A stretch of 64,000 nucleotides of DNA from Azolla caroliniana (Eukaryota; Plantae; Polypodiophyta): assembly GCA_043228905.1 (NCBI GenBank), contig JBHGNT010000002.1, forward strand, positions 1,116,001 to 1,180,000. Reading direction: 5' to 3'. Positions 11,481 to 21,840 of this stretch are shown in pieces. Below the pieces are notes generated by a model. It had not been told where the DNA came from and searched no databases. It worked only from the letters and a program-made list of their open reading frames with translations. Every line of letters begins with the position of its first letter. Position 1 is the first letter of the stretch. The position numbers and the translations under genes are program-made.

Positions 11481-14400
11481 AAGCTCAAGATCATTTATGT
11501 AAAACTAATAAAACTGATACTTATGAGGACATAGAGGACATGAATTTACCCATAGAAATGGATTGTAACGTGTCCTATGAAGAGGAACAATATAATTGTG
11601 ACTCACAACAAATGCTTACTCAAGATTCTGGTAAAATTGAAATGCTGGAAGAGGTGAACCAAAATGTTGCCCAGATGGTTACATTAAAGGAACTAACATC
11701 GAAGGATGAAAAGAGTAGGCTTATGAAGCTTTTTGGTGACTGCAAAAATGATCCGAAGGAGAAGTCGCAGAAAGTTCTAGGACTTCAGGAAAATCTCTCA
11801 AAGGCTGTTTCTGATGCAGATTGCCTTTCTCAGTCTAATGAGGAAATTATCAAAGAATCCTCTAAAAGAAAAGAAGAGATACAAAAACTTGCTGAGAAGC
11901 TCACTGAAGCAGAGTGTTCTCTTTTCCAGTCTATTGGAACGGGTGAAATAGATGAGATCAATCTATTATCTGATGCACTTCAAGGTAAAACTAAAGCACT
12001 TGACAATGCTCACGTATCTTTGGTTGGAAATGAGGAGACAATTAGTAAAATTTCAGCTCAGTTAAGCAGTCTACAATATCTTCATCAGAATTCTATTATG
12101 TTAGAACAAGAGCATTCAGAAAAATTAAGAGAATTGCAAATTGAATCAGAAAATAGATTAGAGAAAGATGTTTGTGTTGTAGAACAACACGAGAAGGAAA
12201 TGTCAATCACAGCTTGTACACGACATGAGTCTTTGGATTCTCATGGATCAAAGATAGAAGAAATGAAGGATGATATGCAAGGATTGCATTATGAACTGAG
12301 AACTAAGGAGGATTCTAAGCATAATCCTGACATAGAAGCAAGTGAATTAAAGAAAGAGCTTATGATGGCTCATGAGATACAGCTTACCAATCATATTAAA
12401 TTAACGAAAGAAGAAGAGATATATGCCATGTCTTGGCCTAATGTGAATCTTGCAGTTGAGGTTGAGAAGACTTTGGAAAATAAGAAGGAAATGGAAAAGG
12501 GGTTGGAGGAATTCAAAGGTGAATCAGAGAGCTTGAATGAGGCTACAGAGAAAGAACGATGGCCAGGATCAGAGTTGAAGTCTGAGATAGAAAAGCGTAT
12601 GGACTCTTTACATGAAGAAAATACAGTTCTGAAGAAGAACATGCAAGCACGAGATTCACAAAACAGAAAGGAAATGGAAGTATTACTTGATGCTGTCGCT
12701 ACTAAGGATGTAGAATTGCATGATTTCAAAAAACCGATCATTGAAACAATGAACGATAGTTTATTACACGATAAAGAAGAGAAGGTAAGGTGGGACGATG
12801 TGAAATGTAAATGTGAGACCCTTAGCATGGATTCAATACGGAAGTCTCAACAAGACTCTGAATTGCATGAACTTCACGAGGAGACATTATCAGAGTCTAT
12901 AAATAAGAAAAATAGCTGGATAATAGTATTACAGGAAAAGAGATGCATTCTTAATCAGAAAGTAGAGAAAATTGATCTGTTGCAATTGGAGCTGAGTCTG
13001 AGAGATGAACAAAACGAGAAACTCACTTCTCAAACAGATTCATTGAAAGAAGAAGTGAATATTTATCAGATGACGATTAGTGACTTGGAACAGAGTATGG
13101 TGAACCTAAATACATCTCTTTCTGGAAAGGTGCTGGAGGTTTTAAGAGTTAAGAAGACCAAGGAATCAATCGGAGTAGAGCTTCGTGCTACAACAGAAGA
13201 ATTAAAATTTGCGAAGGCTAAGCTTGGGCCAAATATAGAGGGACGGGGAGATTATGTCATCGCCTCTGATAAAAAACTTTCACAGGCCCTTGAATTGATG
13301 CACAAGAAAGAAGAAGAGTTTAAGGATTTAGTGATGTGCTCAGAAAACAATGAATGTGCTCTCTATGAGCTCAATTCAACAATGACAAACGTTGTAGAAG
13401 AAAATGGAATGCTTAAGCAATCAGTTATAGCCTTGCAAGAGAGGATAGGTGTCCTTTTGGAAAAGATTAATAGCGAGAAATCAAATGCAGTGAAACTCTG
13501 CAGTATTATTGACGAAAAAGATATGGTCATTGCATCAAAGTTAGAAGAACTGAGAAATTTACAGCTAATACTGGAGGCTTCTATGCTATCTCATGATATG
13601 ATAGCCAAATATGAAGAAAAAGTGAAGGAATTGGAAACTAATGTTGTAAAGGCTACCACATGCCTTCAGGAAAAGGAGGAAAGATTATTTGCTTCTGAAT
13701 GGGCAGTTGAACAGTTGGCCAATGAGGTTTCCAAGGCAAAGACTAGTTTGGCGCAGAAAGAGAGAGCAGAGATGCAACTGCAGAAAAATTTGTCTGATGT
13801 GGGAGCTCTTTTAAAGGCAAAAGGGAAAGAGCTCATGCAAATGGATGGTTATATGCAGAATCTTCTGAAGAAAAAAGCCACTAATCAATCAGAAATTGAG
13901 AGATTGATTCAAGCTCTTGAGAGAATGCAAGAGAAGGAGATCCAATGGAACATAGAAAGAGAAAAACTGGTAGCTGAAAATGGAAGAATTGGCAATGTGG
14001 TGGAAGCCAAAATAGCTGAACTGTCAGTTACTGAGGAACAGAATAAGGAGAGGTTGAAAAAAGAGAAAATGACGGAAGGTGCTATGCATAGTTTGAAGTC
14101 AGAGATAGCAAACTATGTTCACTTGTTGGAGGAAGAGAGGTCTAAGTATGAATGTTTGCTTTATGAATTCGAAACCTTGCGGGTCAATGAGAACATGACA
14201 TCAAAGAATTTAAGAGATGCTGAAAGAAATTTGCAAGTTGCTGATGAGTTATTCAAAGTGGAGGCTCAGAAACTGCAGTGCAGCTTATCGGAAGCAAGGG
14301 AAGAAATTGCATCCTCTTCTTTCAAACAGGTTGAACTTGAATCAGATCTTGTTGCTGCCATCCAGGAGGTTTCAGCACAAAAGGAAAAGTGGGCTGCATT

Positions 14401-16402
14401 GTCTCAAGTGGTGGCTGCAAAAGACAGTGCTCTTAAGGATTTGCAGTGTAAGTTTGACCATTTGCAAGAACAATTCACGCAACAGAGATTAGTGCTTGAC
14501 AGTAAAGATATGGAATTGACTGGTGCTAGGGCGGAGCTCAAATGCTACATTGAGAAGGAGAAAACACTGACTGCAAACATGTTGTATATGAAAAATCAGA
14601 TAGAAAATGCTGAGAAACATGCAGAGATTATGCAAGAACAAAATGCAATGCTTACAAGCAAATTCGACACGATGGCCAATGAAATATTTTTAAAAACAGA
14701 GGAAATACAGCAGCTAACAGAAACCCAGAAAAACATGCAAATTGTGCTTCAGGAAAGAGAAAATCGTATGAATAAACTCCAAGAGGAACTTGATTACTCT
14801 TCGAGGAGTATTCATGATACAGAGGCTGAAATAACACATTTGAGGCAATTATTAAACAGTGCTGAAATGGATTTAATAAGCACAAGAGAAGAGATAGAAA
14901 GTAAGGATGATGCGATCAGTAGGGCATTAGCTAAGTCAAATATCATGGAAGAAAATTGTAAATGTCTTGAAGAGAAGATATATACCATGCATGCAGACAT
15001 AGAGACTGCAATGGTAGCTTCAAGAAATCAACTTGAAGGAGAGATTCAGGAGAAACAAAAATTATTTGAAATATCAAATGCAGATTGGAAACATGCAGTA
15101 AGTGAGTTGAAAGCTGAGGTGGAGTCTTATTACAGGAATGAACTTTTTATCGAGGCTCAGGTGGCTGCCGTGATGAGAATTGTGAAAGAAATGCATTTGA
15201 TGTGGACTAAAGATGAGGAACTTTGGGCATTGAAATCTATGATATGTTTACAGGATATGGATTCATTTCGTTTTTGTGGTGTCAAAGCAGAGGATAAGAA
15301 CATGGATCATGTAAAAATACTAAGCAATGATTCAAAACCAGCACAACTAGTTCTCTATGAAGACAGCAGAAAGTTGGAAGGGTCATCTATGATTCTAGAA
15401 TTGCAGGCAGCACTGAAGGGACTGCAATTAGAACAACAAAAGAGGAAAAACAGAGAAGATATTGTTAGACAAAAGACAAAGGATGCTTTGTTGGTTGTAT
15501 ATGCAAAAGAAACACAGACTCATGAGCTTGTTGCAATCACACAAAGGGACTCAGATGCCATTGCAATCGCCAGAGATTTGCAAAGAATTCTTCAGGAAAA
15601 GGATATCAATGAAAAGTATGAATTAATGACAGCTATTAAAAATCTGCAAAGAAATTTTCAAGAGAAGAATGGGAAGGATGTTCATGGAAGTTTATCCAAA
15701 TTTCTGCTACTACTGCAAGATTCATTAAACCAGTTTGATCCATTTCAGTGTCATACAGCACCATTTATTGGTTTGTGTGGTAAGGTTGGCATTTCTAATG
15801 AAGAAAAGGAATCATGTTCCTTACCTTTGTCAGAGTTCCACAGAGCTTCTCTGCTTGCCAAAAATATGAACCAACTGATAAAATCAGCTCTAGAACAAGT
15901 CGTGGATGAGAGAAATAAACTTCAGGTTGAGCTGCATGACATGAGTGTGAAAGTGAGATCAAACACTGAAACAAATGAAAAAAACACTTCATTAAGATCA
16001 AGGATTGAAGCTAGTGCAGAATTGCACAAGAAACTGGAGGCAGTTGCAGTAGGAAATTTGCAGCTTCAGAAATTATGCCAAACATTGAATACAGGTATTG
16101 GATCTGTTCAAACTGAAATTGGTCAGCTGGAAGAGTGGAAATTTGGAACTTCAGAGGCCAAGATACATAAGAGCTTGTTGGAAAATCAAATTGTTGTCGA
16201 TTTAAGACAGGAACCTTCAATAAATGATGGCAGTGAGACTGAGCAGTCTCTTAGTAGCATGCTAGGGAGAGATGACACATCCTTAGCATTGGGTGAAAAT
16301 GAGGCGTGCTCAGATAATAGATTACAGTGTGAGGTTGATCTAGATCGATATGTTGACCTATGTGACAAACTCGTAAGGTACATCACATTTGGGTTCTTAT
16401 AG
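11471..16402 (+). CDS. Very large E/K/L/Q-rich coiled-coil protein (~1640 aa); family not assignable; probably spliced to small 3' exons
   Basis: Uninterrupted 4.9-kb ORF with heptad-type composition and an in-frame TAA just upstream of ATG 11471. A donor AG|GTACAT at 16377/8 and an in-phase exon at 16464-16508 (RRHARLEKQLDNLTS) suggest the true C-terminus lies further 3', possibly to ~17260. Confidence 0.85.
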   Translation: MVVEAQDHLCKTNKTDTYEDIEDMNLPIEMDCNVSYEEEQYNCDSQQMLTQDSGKIEMLEEVNQNVAQMVTLKELTSKDEKSRLMKLFGDCKNDPKEKSQKVLGLQENLSKAVSDADCLSQSNEEIIKESSKRKEEIQKLAEKLTEAECSLFQSIGTGEIDEINLLSDALQGKTKALDNAHVSLVGNEETISKISAQLSSLQYLHQNSIMLEQEHSEKLRELQIESENRLEKDVCVVEQHEKEMSITACTRHESLDSHGSKIEEMKDDMQGLHYELRTKEDSKHNPDIEASELKKELMMAHEIQLTNHIKLTKEEEIYAMSWPNVNLAVEVEKTLENKKEMEKGLEEFKGESESLNEATEKERWPGSELKSEIEKRMDSLHEENTVLKKNMQARDSQNRKEMEVLLDAVATKDVELHDFKKPIIETMNDSLLHDKEEKVRWDDVKCKCETLSMDSIRKSQQDSELHELHEETLSESINKKNSWIIVLQEKRCILNQKVEKIDLLQLELSLRDEQNEKLTSQTDSLKEEVNIYQMTISDLEQSMVNLNTSLSGKVLEVLRVKKTKESIGVELRATTEELKFAKAKLGPNIEGRGDYVIASDKKLSQALELMHKKEEEFKDLVMCSENNECALYELNSTMTNVVEENGMLKQSVIALQERIGVLLEKINSEKSNAVKLCSIIDEKDMVIASKLEELRNLQLILEASMLSHDMIAKYEEKVKELETNVVKATTCLQEKEERLFASEWAVEQLANEVSKAKTSLAQKERAEMQLQKNLSDVGALLKAKGKELMQMDGYMQNLLKKKATNQSEIERLIQALERMQEKEIQWNIEREKLVAENGRIGNVVEAKIAELSVTEEQNKERLKKEKMTEGAMHSLKSEIANYVHLLEEERSKYECLLYEFETLRVNENMTSKNLRDAERNLQVADELFKVEAQKLQCSLSEAREEIASSSFKQVELESDLVAAIQEVSAQKEKWAALSQVVAAKDSALKDLQCKFDHLQEQFTQQRLVLDSKDMELTGARAELKCYIEKEKTLTANMLYMKNQIENAEKHAEIMQEQNAMLTSKFDTMANEIFLKTEEIQQLTETQKNMQIVLQERENRMNKLQEELDYSSRSIHDTEAEITHLRQLLNSAEMDLISTREEIESKDDAISRALAKSNIMEENCKCLEEKIYTMHADIETAMVASRNQLEGEIQEKQKLFEISNADWKHAVSELKAEVESYYRNELFIEAQVAAVMRIVKEMHLMWTKDEELWALKSMICLQDMDSFRFCGVKAEDKNMDHVKILSNDSKPAQLVLYEDSRKLEGSSMILELQAALKGLQLEQQKRKNREDIVRQKTKDALLVVYAKETQTHELVAITQRDSDAIAIARDLQRILQEKDINEKYELMTAIKNLQRNFQEKNGKDVHGSLSKFLLLLQDSLNQFDPFQCHTAPFIGLCGKVGISNEEKESCSLPLSEFHRASLLAKNMNQLIKSALEQVVDERNKLQVELHDMSVKVRSNTETNEKNTSLRSRIEASAELHKKLEAVAVGNLQLQKLCQTLNTGIGSVQTEIGQLEEWKFGTSEAKIHKSLLENQIVVDLRQEPSINDGSETEQSLSSMLGRDDTSLALGENEACSDNRLQCEVDLDRYVDLCDKLVRYITFGFL

Positions 16403-16424
16403 AACTAACGTTATTAGATTTCTA

Positions 16425-17085
16425 GAAGTTGGAACTAAATCAATGGGGTTTTGTTGATTGCAGGAGGCATGCTAGATTGGAAAAACAGCTTGACAACTTA
16501 ACGTCAAGGTATACAAAGGACTCATTTCCTCATCTCATCATGCATATTATTTATGTCTCTATATCTAACAGGAATAATTTACAGCTTTACCGGACAAGAT
16601 GGAGGCTTATTTACATCAATGGGTCAAGAGATTACTGCAAGGTATGCGGAGGGAAGTCTCATTGTGGCCATCACCTTTTTAGTGATATTCGTATGAATAG
16701 GTGGCTAAGTCAATGGGGTTTTGTTGATTGCAGGAGGCGTCCTAGATCGGAAAACAGCCTGGAACAACATACTAGATTGGGCTAAACAAGGGGAGGCTTA
16801 CCTTCGTTGGTTGGTATGCAGATGGAAATCTCATTGTTTCCTTCTCTTCTTTACTGATATCAGTATGAATGTGTAGCTAAGGTGGGTGAAGCCATGCCTA
16901 GGGAAGTCACATGGTCACCATATCTTTATACTGATGTCAACCTGAATGTATAACTAGCATGTGCATTAGGACACATTATCATGAGTTTTACTGGTGTTAG
17001 TATGAATGGTTTGCTAACATGCGTGAAGCCAACACATTGCCATGTGTTTTCTTGTTTGACATCAATATGAATGCATTGCCGTCAT
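16425..17085 (+). repeat. Duplicated acceptor/exon and degenerate intronic repeats at the 3' end of the coiled-coil gene
   Basis: TCAATGGGGTTTTGTTGATTGCAG|GAGGC occurs at 16440 and 16710. GTATGC..GGAA.TCTCATTGT...GTATGAAT recurs at 16642, 16814 and in later degenerate copies. Confidence 0.75.
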
Positions 17086-18050
17086 AGGCAAAACAATGGC
17101 TACAGAGTGCACTGCGACAAGGCGAGAATTTGACATCTTCTGATCAAGAGATAATGGAAGAGAGAACCAGAAGAATGGCAAAAACAGAGGTCTCATTAAC
17201 ATTGGCATGGAGTCTCACTGCAAGGATGGACAGCTATGTTTCTCTTTCCATCAAATGCTAAGCCCTTGTGCAAAAAGGTGTTGAAGCAATATGGGTATGG
17301 AGAATTGAGAAGATTGTTCGCTACCCTTGCCATCTGAAGTTAATAGGTGGGGATTATTCTTCACAAAGTAAGTTGAAGAACATGGGCACTCCTGGCAATC
17401 TACTGCTTTCAAATTTTTATTCGTATCATTGTGCATCTATTTATTCTTGTTTGACGTTGAGAATGAAATTGTAATTCTCTTATCCAATAATCAAGATTAT
17501 GTTGGGGAAAATGATATAGAATCGTTTAGTATCCTTTTTGTATCCATTGTAGCTGGCATCCATTAATAATGAAATTTATAATTCTCTATCTAATAGACTG
17601 GTGTTATGTGTATGTTATGGATGCGTATCTTTGATTATATAGTCATATGATAGAATTGAGTTTCTGTGCAAGAACGAAAGTGTGTAATATGCCTGGGTGG
17701 CTAATCCATAGTTTTGGTCATCGGTCATTTGATTATATGAAGGTAATTAGCGAAGATGATTGAGAAATGGAAAGATTAGTAGTAAATGCAAGAACTTTAA
17801 GAAGAAATTCAAAGACAAAATATGTGATATTTGTCAAAACCTCAGAAGCAAAATTTTCTCAATTTCAAAGGTATTAAAAATTGGGCTTTAAATTATTACT
17901 ATTTTTTTTTCTCCTTGTTTGGTTGTCAACGATCTAAAGAAAGTAAAAGACTGTCTGTCTCAGATTCGGAAATGGCTTCCTCACTGCTCAGCTCCATGTG
18001 ATAGGAAAAGTTAGGGTTTTTCCATAAGAAGAAAGAACGAAAGAGATCTG

Positions 18051-18349
18051 ATGGAATGCGTAACTTCTCGACTCAGCAACATCTTTGCTGTGATACTTTT
18101 CGCTTACTCTGCTTCTGTACAGCTCAATGACACGGGTATTATAATTTCAAATTCCAATAGAGAATCGTCATGTCTCAATTCTACTTCCAATTCCGATTCT
18201 GATATATGGCTGCCGCTTCTTCACCATCATCATCATCTTCTTCTTTTTCTTTGTCCTTCTTCCCCTTCTCATCCTTCCTTCTTCCGTCTGCATCTTCTTT
18301 CCCCTACTGTCTTGTGTCTGTCTTGTAGAGTTAAGGGGAGGGAGGGAGG

Positions 18350-18400
<51 letters not shown>

Positions 18401-19268
18401 CTTTTCTTTTAGTTTCATGTGAATGTCTGTATAGTCTTCTGTGTGTGTGTCTGTCTGTAATTGATTTTCATTCTTTTTAGTCACCTTCCACAAGCCTATG
18501 AGACCGTACAAGAGATTACATCTTGAGAAAATGGTTGTGGTTTATCCCATCTCAAGACAATGACAAACCAATTTAGTTATAACTAAGTTAAGGGGAAAGT
18601 TGATTCCCACTGGAAAACATATCAAAGCACGCTCAGATTTGTAGACATCGATGTTGTACTTGAATGAAAGTCCACCGCATGGGCTACCACACGCAGGGAA
18701 AATACATTGTGTGCAGTACTTCTCTCTCTGGAAAGAACTTATGGAGAAAGGAAGATCGATATTTTCTGGTTCGACAAACAATGCTCGTTAGGACACCGAT
18801 GTTGTGGAAAATGTGCTCTGGAGAAAGACAAATTTCGTGTTCTTCTGTTCAACCCAAAGAAGCTTGTATTCTGAGCTAATGTTATTATTATTATATAGCA
18901 TGTCACTTTGCTTTGTAAATTTAGATTTATGCTTATGGGACTTGAATCTAAATATTATGCTGAATTTCACTGTAGATTGGTACTTTTGGCTTCCTTTATA
19001 TGCCTCTGCGAGCCTTGTAAGCTTGATGCATACATTGACACCAAAGAAGTACCCCCTTTGGACTATCTTGACTTTATTGTTTGGGCTTCTGCTGTTCTTC
19101 AAAGTGATTATTGAGGCCATTGAAATGGACGCATTGTTTTCCATGGACATGCAACAAAGAGTCGTCAGGGAAAGATGGGGAAGTTTTCTGGTTGCCTACA
19201 CCATGGCATTGCAACTTCAAAGTGTGTTGAATACCAAAACAAGCAAGTTGCATTTTCTAGGTAACTAG
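18051..19268 (+). CDS. TMEM220: Transmembrane protein 220 family, 2 exons (18051-18135, 18976-19268), ~125 aa
   Basis: Splicing ACG G|GTATT...TGTAG|AT TGG gives LFAYSASVQLNDTDWYFWLPLYASASLVSL...VVRERWGSFLV, which carries the TMEM220 'QLND.DW..W...Y' and 'RE..G' motifs. Confidence 0.85.
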
Positions 19269-20449
19269 TATATTCTTAATTTTCTTCATGCATGTTATGT
19301 GGGGCATGTTCGTTGCATTCGTGACATGGTAAAAAAATGGTGAATTTTTATGTTCACAAATGAGGTGATTGCAGCTAATGCTAGTTTTGAGAGTGGAAAT
19401 GTTGTTTTCTCTTGTGAGCATTCATGGTTGGAAACCAATTTGTGGGTAAATATTGTACCACATAAGATTAGAGTCTGCATATGCCTAAGATTCCATTTTG
19501 AATTACCAACAAAGAAGTTTCTGTCAATTAAGGTTTAATGATGTAGAAGGCAGATCAAGGGTTAACAAGTTTCTTGTCTATGGCATCATAGGTTAACTGT
19601 TTTCCTTTTCAATAATATTTTGCATCCATATTGCATGATGATACGAAAAGTGAATATGCATTGTGAACTAAAACCATTCGTGACTGAATGTCTTTGTCAA
19701 TTTGTCATCGTTCGTGTTGTCAATGAGACTTTTGTGCTTATTAACTTTGATTCCTGTGCAGCTATATGGATGTTCATTGTTATGGGCATAGGATTATGTG
19801 TAACCTATTGCTGCTCATAGCATGCCACAACATTGACTTGTAGAACCTTGTAGCATACGACGGTGTATTTGTAGGTTCTTTGGAATTGATAGGACTGTAC
19901 AATAACTTTCTTGGAATATAGAACAATCATATCCAATGTTGAGAAATATATAGCAATTTGTTAAGGTGTTATAAATTATGGGCATTCAGACTTTTTTGAA
20001 ATGGTTTCTTGAAGTATTGTTCTTCAAAGAATGGAAATTGGGACGTTGAGATTATGTGAGGTTTATTGCAACAGTAAGAAATTGAATCACATTCTTGTTT
20101 TGATTAATTGAAAGCTTTCCTTACAAAGTTGTAAGGATTAACAGTCACCCACAGAAAGTGCTTAGTGATGAAATGGGTCACAATCATGAGATAATATCAG
20201 AGAAGCTTATGGATGGGTAAGATAAACAACCTTTCATATTTTAGTTCATTAGTAATGCCTTGAGCTCCAACAGCTTCTCTTTAGTGTCAATTTTTCAAGT
20301 GCATGTAAAACTCATTTCTTGAGACTTCAACCCACGAGATGTATATAGCCTCTTTGTTTTATGACATAAAAATGGTGTTCATGTGTGGTCTTACTATGTT
20401 TAGAATCTTTACTGTGTTAAAAGTATAAATGGGATGAAATTTGATGTCA

Positions 20450-20730
20450 AAACCTGTGCAATGCTAATCATGGAACCCCTACTTTAAGTTCATGAACATA
20501 TCCCATACCCATATACTTTTGTGCTAGAGTGGAAAACTAATCATGGAGCCCAAGTCAATTTCGTGAATATCTTTGATGTGATTTTGTACATTCCATTACA
20601 CAATTGCAAAGAATGTCTTTGAATATCTTTGAATTGCTTCATAGCAACATGTATGCACAGGCAAGGTTCTTTATTGTCTATACCTCCCTTGAGGTGCAGG
20701 GGAATTATTTGGTTCAGCTTTTCTTCCACA
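20450..20730 (-). mobile_element. Decayed L1-type LINE reverse-transcriptase remnant
   Basis: The minus-strand translation KQFKDIQRHSLQLCNGMYKITSKIF resembles the L1 RT motif 'KDFRPISLCN..YKIISK'. Confidence 0.45.
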
Positions 20731-21840
20731 CATCTAAATACCTGATACCAAGAGTACGTTTGATTTTGTAATAGTTACAGTTGCATCAAAACCATCCTCC
20801 CATTTTGTCATATAATAGTATATTATTAGTATACAATGAGAACATTTTATAATTAATCTTGCAGGCCCAAGATGAACGTTGTTTCCTTTGTGTATCAAGA
20901 TAGTGTTAATTATGCTTGAATCATGGAGCACATGAGTTGCTTTGCATATACTTGCACCAAATATATCTGCCATGATAGGCATTTATGAAAGGTACTTTAC
21001 AGTGGAGAACATTAACAATACAATGCAAAGCTCTTATTGAGTTTACCGACCAGAAAATTCTATATCTTAATTGATTGTATTAGGTTATGAACTCATCACA
21101 TCAGCTCAATCTTTTCTTTTACTATCTATATATGGGTTACATGGTGTTGGTCATTACAAGGTTGTCAAAGAATGACACATTTCATTACATCAGATGATCT
21201 CTTATCTTCCACTACCTTCTCTATTAGATTATATATAGGTAACCTATGGTAAATATCTGGGATTTATATGTATAAATTGTACAACTTCGGTCAGGTTGTA
21301 GCCTTGTATGTTAAGACATGATTTCATTGGATTTGGGAATAAACAAAGATAGCACAAACACATAAGAGTCGCCACATCTTGATGAGCCGACCTATCAATG
21401 CAAAGGCATTGGCATGAGAAACTAGTTTCAAATATAATCACAAATCGAATAAAAAATGGACGAATGTCCTGATTTGTTGGCTACAACTAAAATACCCCCA
21501 TTGTCAAAAGTTACCATGATACCCCAGTAGAATATTATGAACACGGGTGTTCTGGTAAGTTTTGAAATTTGAGGGTATTCTGTAAGTACCCAAAGCAACA
21601 TAGGAGTATTTTGATAAATACCAGAAGTTAAAGATATTTTGGTGCTTTTCACTGAAAAGGGATAAAGTGTAACTAACCTTCAGCATTCTACCGTCAGCTT
21701 CATGATGATCTCCAAGAATATAATAATAATAAGAACCTCCCATCGCAACATCTCTATGCGATCAAATTTGAAAAACATTCAGGGAAGCAAAAAAGGTAGT
21801 ATATATTTGTGTTTCTTGTGTGTAGAAGGAAGAAAAAGGT

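Noticed and set aside
18500-18800. ORFs inside the TMEM220 intron
   Set aside because: The minus-strand LICFPVGINF...CHC resembles the LINE zf-RVT region at 46.9 kb, so this is probably a decayed LINE scrap.
18804-18975. N-terminal half of the 154-aa ORF as TMEM220 coding sequence
   Set aside because: It is intronic. The family motif is completed by splicing from exon 18051-18135.
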